This document shows, piece by piece, positions 55,292-64,000 of a stretch of 64,000 nt of DNA. The DNA is from Auanema rhodensis (Eukaryota; Animalia; Nematoda), in assembly GCA_964057225.1 (NCBI GenBank), contig OZ059896.1:6014001-6078000 (forward strand). The letters are read 5' to 3'. Position 1 is the stretch's first letter. Each line of letters starts with the position of its first letter. Under the pieces are notes generated by a model, which saw nothing but the letters and a program-made list of their open reading frames with translations, was not told the DNA's origin and did not search any database. The position numbers and the translations under genes were made by a program.

Positions 55292-58200
55292 TTTGAAATT
55301 TACGTGAACTTTAATTTATGCTAATTAAATGTACACGTGATGTGCACTTGGTATGTAACTCGCTTCACGTGACAGATAAAGAGATGCGGTTTTCAAAATC
55401 AGATTCCCCATGTCCATATTAGTCTAAAAACAAATTTTTATTGATATTGGTGCATGGTAACCATGACTTTGAAATTTACGTGAACTTTAATTTATGCTAA
55501 TTAAATGTACATGTGATGTGCACTTGATATGTAACTCGCTTCACGTGAAAGATAAAAAGATGCGGTTTTCAAAATTAGATTCCCCATGTCCACATTAGTC
55601 TAAAAACAAATTTTTATTCATATTGGTGCATGGTAACCATGACTTTGAAATTTACGTGAACTTTAATTTATGCTAATTAAATGTACACGTGATGTGCACT
55701 TGGTATGTAACTCGCTTCACGTGAAAGATAAAAAGATAAGGTTTTCAAAATTAGATTCCCCATGTCCATATTAGTCTAAAAACAAATTTTTATTGATATT
55801 AGTGCATGGTAACCATGACTTTGAAATTTACGTGAACTTTAATTTATGCTAATTAAATGTACACTTGATGTGCACTTGATATGTAACTCGCTTCACGTGA
55901 AAGATAAAAAGATGCGGTTTTCAAAATTAGATTCCCCATGTCCATATTAGTCTAAAAACAAATTTTAATTCATATTGGTGCATGGTAACCATGACTTTGA
56001 AATTTACGTGAACTTTAATTTATGCTAATTAAATGTACACGTGATGTGCACTTGGTATGTCACTCGCTTCACGTGAAAGATGAAGAGATGCTGTTTTTAA
56101 AATTAGATTCCCCATGTCCATATTAGTCTAAAAACAAATTTTTATTGATATTGGTGCATGGTAACCATGACTTTGAAATTTACGTGAACTTTAATTTATG
56201 CTAATTAAATGTACACGTGATGTGCACCTGGTATGTAACTCGCTTCACGTGAAAGATAAAAAGATGCGGTTTTCAAAATTAGATTCCCCATGTCCATATT
56301 AGTCTAAAAACAAATTTTTATTCATATTGGTGCATGGTAACCATGACTTTGAAATTTACGTGAACTTTAATTTATGCTAATTAAATGTACATGTGATGTG
56401 CACCTGGTTTGTAACTCGCTTCACGTGAAAGATGAAGAGATGCTGTTTTTAAAATTAGATTCCCCATGTCCATATTAGTCTAAAAACAAATTTTTATTGA
56501 TATTGGTGCATGGTAACCATGACTTTGAAATTTACGTGAACTTTAATTTATGCTAATTAAATGTACACGTGATGTGCACTTGGTATGTCACTCGCTTCAC
56601 GTGAAAGATGAAGAGATGCTGTTTTCAAAATTAGATTCCCCATGTCCATATTAGTCTAAAAACAAATTTTAATTCATATTGGTGCATGGTAACCATGACT
56701 TTGAAATTTACGTGAACTTTAATTTATGCTAATTAAATGTACATGTGATGTGCACCTGGTATGTAACTCGCTTCACGTGAAAGATAAAAAGATGCGGTTT
56801 TCAAAATTAGATTCCCCATGTCCATATTAGTCTAAAAACAAATTTTTATTCATATTGGTGCATGGTAACCATGACTTTGAAATTTACGTGAACTTTAATT
56901 TATGCTAATTAAATGTACACGTGATGTGCACTTGGTATGTCACTCGCTTCACGTGAAAGATGAAGAGATGCTGTTTTTAAAATTAGATTCCCCATGTCCA
57001 TATTAGTCTAAAAACAAATTTTTATTGATATTGGTGCATGGTAACCATGACTTTGAAATTTACGTGAACTTTAATTTATGCTAATTAAATATACACGTGA
57101 TGTGCACTTGGTATGTAACTCGCTTCACGTGGAAAATAAAGAGATGCGGTTTTCAAAATTAGATTCCCCATTTCCATATTAGTCTAAAAACAAATTTTTA
57201 TTGATATTGGTGCATGGTAACCATGACTTTGAAATTTACGTGAACTTTAATTTATGCTAATTAAATATACACGTGATGTGCACTTGGTATGTAACTCGCT
57301 TCACGTGGAAAATAAAGAGATGCGGTTTTCAAAATTAGATTCCCCATTTCCATATTAGTCTAAAAACAAATTTTTATTGATATTGGTGCATGGTAACCAT
57401 GACTTTGAAATTTACGTGAACTTTAATTTATGCTAATTAAATGTACACGTGATGTGCACTTGGTATGTAACTCGCTTCACGTGAAAGATAAAGAGATGCG
57501 GTTTTCAAAATTAGATTCCCCATGTCCATATTAGTCTAAAAACAAATTTTTATTCATATTGGTTCATGGTAACCATGACTTTGAAATTTACGTGAACTTT
57601 AATTTATGCTAATTAAATGTACATGTGATGTGCACCTGGTTTGTAACTCGCTTCACGTGAAAGATGAAGAGATGCTGTTTTTAAAATTAGATTCCCCATG
57701 TCCATATTAGTCTAAAAACAAATTTTTATTGATATTGGTGCATGGTAACCATGACTTTGAAATTTACGTGAACTTTAATTTATGCTAATTAAATGTACAC
57801 GTGATGTGCACTTGGTATGTCACTCGCTTCACGTGAAAGATGAAGAGATGCTGTTTTCAAAATTAGATTCCCCATGTCCATATTAGTCTAAAAACAAATT
57901 TTAATTCATATTGGTGCATGGTAACCATGACTTTGAAATTTACGTGAACTTTAATTTATGCTAATTAAATGTACATGTGATGTGCACCTGGTATGTAACT
58001 CGCTTCACGTGAAAGATAAAAAGATGCGGTTTTCAAAATTAGATTCCCCATGTCCATATTAGTCTAAAAACAAATTTTTATTCATATTGGTGCATGGTAA
58101 CCATGACTTTGAAATTTACGTGAACTTTAATTTATGCTAATTAAATGTACACGTGATGTGCACTTGGTATGTCACTCGCTTCACGTGAAAGATGAAGAGA

Positions 58201-61200
58201 TGCTGTTTTTAAAATTAGATTCCCCATGTCCATATTAGTCTAAAAACAAATTTTTATTGATATTGGTGCATGGTAACCATGACTTTGAAATTTACGTGAA
58301 CTTTAATTTATGCTAATTAAATATACACGTGATGTGCACTTGGTATGTAACTCGCTTCACGTGGAAAATAAAGAGATGCGGTTTTCAAAATTAGATTCCC
58401 CATTTCCATATTAGTCTAAAAACAAATTTTTATTGATATTGGTGCATGGTAACCATGACTTTGAAATTTACGTGAACTTTAATTTATGCTAATTAAATGT
58501 ACACGTGATGTGCACTTGGTATGTCACTCGCTTCACGTGAAAGATGAAGAGATGCGGTTTTCAAAATTAGATTCCCCATGTCCATATTAGTCTAAAAACA
58601 AATTTTTATTGATATTGGTGCATGGTAACCATGACTTTGAAATTTACGTGTACTTTAATTTATGCTAATTAAATGTACACGTGATGTGCACTTGGTATGT
58701 AACTCGCTTCACGTGAAAGATAAAGAGATGCGGTTTTCAAAATTAGATTCCCCATGTCCATATTAGTCTAAAAACAAATTTTTATTCATATTCGTGCATG
58801 GTAACCATGACTTTGAAATTTACGTGAACTTTAATTTATGCTAATTAAATGTACATGTGATGTGCACCTGGTTTGTAACTCGCTTCACGTGAAAGATGAA
58901 GAGATGCTGTTTTTAAAATTAGATTCCCCATGTCCATATTAGTCTAAAAACAAATTTTTATTGATATTGGTGCATGGTAACCATGACTTTGAAATTTACG
59001 TGAACTTTAATTTATGCTAATTAAATGTACACGTGATGTGCACTTGGTATGTCACTCGCTTCACGTGAAAGATGAAGAGATGCTGTTTTCAAAATTAGAT
59101 TCCCCATGTCCATATTAGTCTAAAAACAAATTTTAATTCATATTGGTGCATGGTAACCATGACTTTGAAATTTACGTGAACTTTAATTTATGCTAATTAA
59201 ATGTACATGTGATGTGCACCTGGTATGTAACTCGCTTCACGTGAAAGATAAAAAGATGCGGTTTTCAAAATTAGATTCCCCATGTCCATATTAGTCTAAA
59301 AACAAATTTTTATTCATATTGGTGCATGGTAACCATGACTTTGAAATTTACGTGAACTTTAATTTATGCTAATTAAATAAACACGTGATGTGCACTTGGT
59401 ATGTCACTCGCTTCACGTGAAAGATGAAGAGATGCTGTTTTTAAAATTAGATTCCCCATGTCCATATTAGTCTAAAAACAAATTTTTATTGATATTGGTG
59501 CATGGTAACCATGACTTTGAAATTTACGTGAACTTTAATTTATGCTAATTAAATATACACGTGATGTGCACTTGGTATGTAACTCGCTTCACGTGGAAAA
59601 TAAAGAGATGCGGTTTTCAAAATTAGATTCCCCATTTCCATATTAGTCTAAAAACAAATTTTTATTGATATTGGTGCATGGTAACCATGACTTTGAAATT
59701 TACGTGAACTTTAATTTATGCTAATTAAATGTACACGTGATGTGCACTTGGTATGTAACTCGCTTCACGTGAAAGATAAAGAGATGCGGTTTTCAAAATT
59801 AGATTCCCCATTTCCATATTAGTCTAAAAACAAATTTTTATTGATATTGGTGCATGGTAACCATGACTTTGAAATTTACGTGAACTTTAATTTATGCTAA
59901 TTAAATATACACGTGATGTGCACTTGGTATGTAACTCGCTTCACGTGAAAGATAAAGAGATGCGGTTTTCAAAATTAGATTCCCCATGTCCATATTAGTC
60001 TAAAAACAAATTTTTATTGATATTGGTTCATGGTAACCATGACTTTGAAATTTACGTGAACTTTAATTTATGCTAATTAAATGTACACTTGATGTGCACT
60101 TGATATGTAACTCGCTTCACGTGAAAGATAAAAAGATGCGGTTTTCAAAATTAGATTCCCCATGTCCATATTAGTCTAAAAACAAATTTTAATTCATATT
60201 GGTGCATGGTAACCATGACTTTGAAATTTACGTGAACTTTAATTTATGCTAATTAAATGTACATGTGATGTGCACCTGGTATGTAACTCGCTTCACGTGA
60301 AAGATAAAAAGATGCGGTTTTCAAAATTAGATTCCCCATGTCCATATTAGTCTAAAAACAAATTTTTATTCATATTGGTGCATGGTAACCATGACTTTGA
60401 AATTTACGTGAACTTTAATTTATGCTAATTAAATGTACACGTGATGTGCACTTGGTATGTAACTCGCTTCACGTGAAAGATAAAAAGATAAGGTTTTCAA
60501 AATTAGATTCCCCATGTCCATATTAGTCTAAAAACAAATTTTTATTGATATTATTGCATGGTAACCATGACTTTGAAATTTACGTGAACTTTAATTTATG
60601 CTAATTAAATGTACACTTGATGTGCACTTGATATGTAACTCGCTTCACGTGAAAGATAAAAAGATGCGGTTTTCAAAATTAGATTCCCCATGTCCATATT
60701 AGTCTAAAAACAAATTTTAATTCATATTGGTGCATGGTAACCATGACTTTGAAATTTACGTGAACTTTAATTTATGCTAATTAAATGTACACGTGATGTG
60801 CACTTGGTATGTCACTCGCTTCACGTGAAAGATGAAGAGATGCTGTTTTTAAAATTAGATTCCCCATGTCCATATTAGTCTAAAAACAAATTTTTATTGA
60901 TATTGGTGCATGGTAACCATGACTTTGAAATTTACGTGAACTTTAATTTATGCTAATTAAATGTACACGTGATGTGCACCTGGTATGTAACTCGCTTCAC
61001 GTGAAAGATAAAAAGATGCGGTTTTCAAAATTAGATTCCCCATGTCCATATTAGTCTAAAAACAAATTTTTATTCATATTGGTGCATGGTAACCATGACT
61101 TTGAAATTTACGTGAACTTTAATTTATGCTAATTAAATGTACATGTGATGTGCACCTGGTTTGTAACTCGCTTCACGTGAAAGATGAAGAGATGCTGTTT

Positions 61201-64000
61201 TTAAAATTAGATTCCCCATGTCCATATTAGTCTAAAAACAAATTTTTATTGATATTGGTGCATGGTAACCATGACTTTGAAATTTACGTGAACTTTAATT
61301 TATGCTAATTAAATGTACACGTGATGTGCACTTGGTATGTCACTCGCTTCACGTGAAAGATGAAGAGATGCTGTTTTCAAAATTAGATTCCCCATGTCCA
61401 TATTAGTCTAAAAACAAATTTTAATTCATATTGGTGCATGGTAACCATGACTTTGAAATTTACGTGAACTTTAATTTATGCTAATTAAATGTACATGTGA
61501 TGTGCACCTGGTATGTAACTCGCTTCACGTGAAAGATAAAAAGATGCGGTTTTCAAAATTAGATTCCCCATGTCCATATTAGTCTAAAAACAAATTTTTA
61601 TTCATATTGGTGCATGGTAACCATGACTTTGAAATTTACGTGAACTTTAATTTATGCTAATTAAATGTACACGTGATGTGCACTTGGTATGTCACTCGCT
61701 TCACGTGAAAGATGAAGAGATGCTGTTTTTAAAATTAGATTCCCCATGTCCATATTAGTCTAAAAACAAATTTTTATTGATATTGGTGCATGGTAACCAT
61801 GACTTTGAAATTTACGTGAACTTTAATTTATGCTAATTAAATATACACGTGATGTGCACTTGGTATGTAACTCGCTTCACGTGGAAAATAAAGAGATGCG
61901 GTTTTCAAAATTAGATTCCCCATTTCCATATTAGTCTAAAAACAAATTTTTATTGATATTGGTGCATGGTAACCATGACTTTGAAATTTACGTGAACTTT
62001 AATTTATGCTAATTAAATGTACACGTGATGTGCACTTGGTATGTCACTCGCTTCACGTGAAAGATGAAGAGATGCGGTTTTCAAAATTAGATTCCCCATG
62101 TCCATATTAGTCTAAAAACAAATTTTTATTGATATTGGTGCATGGTAACCATGACTTTGAAATTTACGTGTACTTTAATTTATGCTAATTAAATGTACAC
62201 GTGATGTGCACTTGGTATGTAACTCGCTTCACGTGAAAGATAAAGAGATGCGGTTTTCAAAATTAGATTCCCCATGTCCATATTAGTCTAAAAACAAATT
62301 TTTATTGATATTGGTTCATGGTAACCATGACTTTGAAATTTACGTGTACTTTAATTTATGCTAATTAAATGTACACGTGATGTGCACTTGGTATGTAACT
62401 CGCTTCACGTGAAAGATAAAGAGATGCGGTTTTCAAAATTAGATTCCCCATGTCCATATTAGTCTAAAAACAAATTTTTATTGATATTGGTTCATGGTAA
62501 CCATGACTTTGAAATTTACGTGAACTTTAATTTATGCTAATTAAATGTACACTTGATGTGCACTTGATATGTAACTCGCTTCACGTGAAAGATAAAAAGA
62601 TGCGGTTTTCAAAATTAGATTCCCCATGTCCATATTAGTCTAAAAACAAATTTTAATTCATATTGGTGCATGGTAACCATGACTTTGAAATTTACGTGAA
62701 CTTTAATTTATGCTAATTAAATGTACACGTGATGTGCACTTGGTATGTCACTCGCTTCACGTGAAAGATGAAGAGATGCTGTTTTTAAAATTAGATTCCC
62801 CATGTCCATATTAGTCTAAAAACAAATTTTTATTGATATTGGTGCATGGTAACCATGACTTTGAAATTTACGTGAACTTTAATTTATGCTAATTAAATGT
62901 ACACGTGATGTGCACCTGGTATGTAACTCGCTTCACGTGAAAGATAAAAAGATGCGGTTTTCAAAATTAGATTCCCCATGTCCATATTAGTCTAAAAACA
63001 AATTTTTATTCATATTGGTGCATGGTAACCATGACTTTGAAATTTACGTGAACTTTAATTTATGCTAATTAAATGTACATGTGATGTGCACCTGGTTTGT
63101 AACTCGCTTCACGTGAAAGATGAAGAGATGCTGTTTTTAAAATTAGATTCCCCATGTCCATATTAGTCTAAAAACAAATTTTTATTGATATTGGTGCATG
63201 GTAACCATGACTTTGAAATTTACGTGAACTTTAATTTATGCTAATTAAATGTACACGTGATGTGCACTTGGTATGTCACTCGCTTCACGTGAAAGATGAA
63301 GAGATGCTGTTTTCAAAATTAGATTCCCCATGTCCATATTAGTCTAAAAACAAATTTTAATTCATATTGGTGCATGGTAACCATGACTTTGAAATTTACG
63401 TGAACTTTAATTTATGCTAATTAAATGTACATGTGATGTGCACCTGGTATGTAACTCGCTTCACGTGAAAGATAAAAAGATGCGGTTTTCAAAATTAGAT
63501 TCCCCATGTCCATATTAGTCTAAAAACAAATTTTTATTGATATTGGTGCATGGTAACCATGACTTTGAAATTTACGTGAACTTTAATTTATGCTAATTAA
63601 ATGTACACGTGATGTGCACTTGGTATGTCACTGGCTTCACGTGAAAGATGAAGAGATGCTGTTTTCAAAATTAGATTCCCCATGTCCATATTAGTCTAAA
63701 AACAAATTTTAATTCATATTGGTGCATGGTAACCATGACTTTGAAATTTACGTGAACTTTAATTTATGCTAATTAAATGTACATGTGATGTGCACCTGGT
63801 ATGTAACTCGCTTCACGTGAAAGATAAAAAGATGCGGTTTTCAAAATTAGATTCCCCATGTCCATATTAGTCTAAAAACAAATTTTTATTCATATTGGTG
63901 CATGGTAACCATGACTTTGAAATTTACGTGAACTTTAATTTATGCTAATTAAATGTACACGTGATGTGCACTTGGTATGTCACTCGCTTCACGTGAAAGA

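Larger units (their letters stand above)
36551..64000. repeat. 176-bp satellite tandem array, right block (~156 monomers), same orientation as the left block
   Basis: Resumes at monomer position 21 (TAATTTATGC, 36551). The next monomer starts at 36707 and the array continues to the window end. Confidence 0.99.

Overview
This window is eukaryotic satellite DNA. About 335 head-to-tail copies of a 176-bp monomer (~68% AT, rich in dyad symmetry) fill 1-31408 and 36551-64000. One apparently full-length, 5.15-kb non-LTR retrotransposon (CR1-group LINE, + strand) interrupts the array at ~31406-36553. The element has a 5' array of ~25 18-bp repeats, a pyrimidine-rich 5' UTR, ORF1 (359 aa, coiled-coil) and ORF2 (APE endonuclease + reverse transcriptase, split by one extra A in an A8 run). 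It ends in a ~490-nt 3' UTR and an (AATA)n tail. The most notable signal is at the ORF1/ORF2 junction. ORF2 has no in-frame ATG until after its YADD motif and lies in the +1 frame relative to ORF1. ORF1 ends in TCC_TTT_CGT_TAA, the +1 ribosomal frameshift motif known from influenza PA-X and ASXL1, which predicts an ORF1-ORF2 fusion protein. The insertion has no target-site duplication; it shows a 32-bp target deletion with 3-bp microhomologies at both ends. The satellite has local higher-order duplications (7-, 9-, 15-, 27- and 37-monomer offsets) and a few internally deleted monomers. A nematode host is only a weak inference from the appearance of ORF1.
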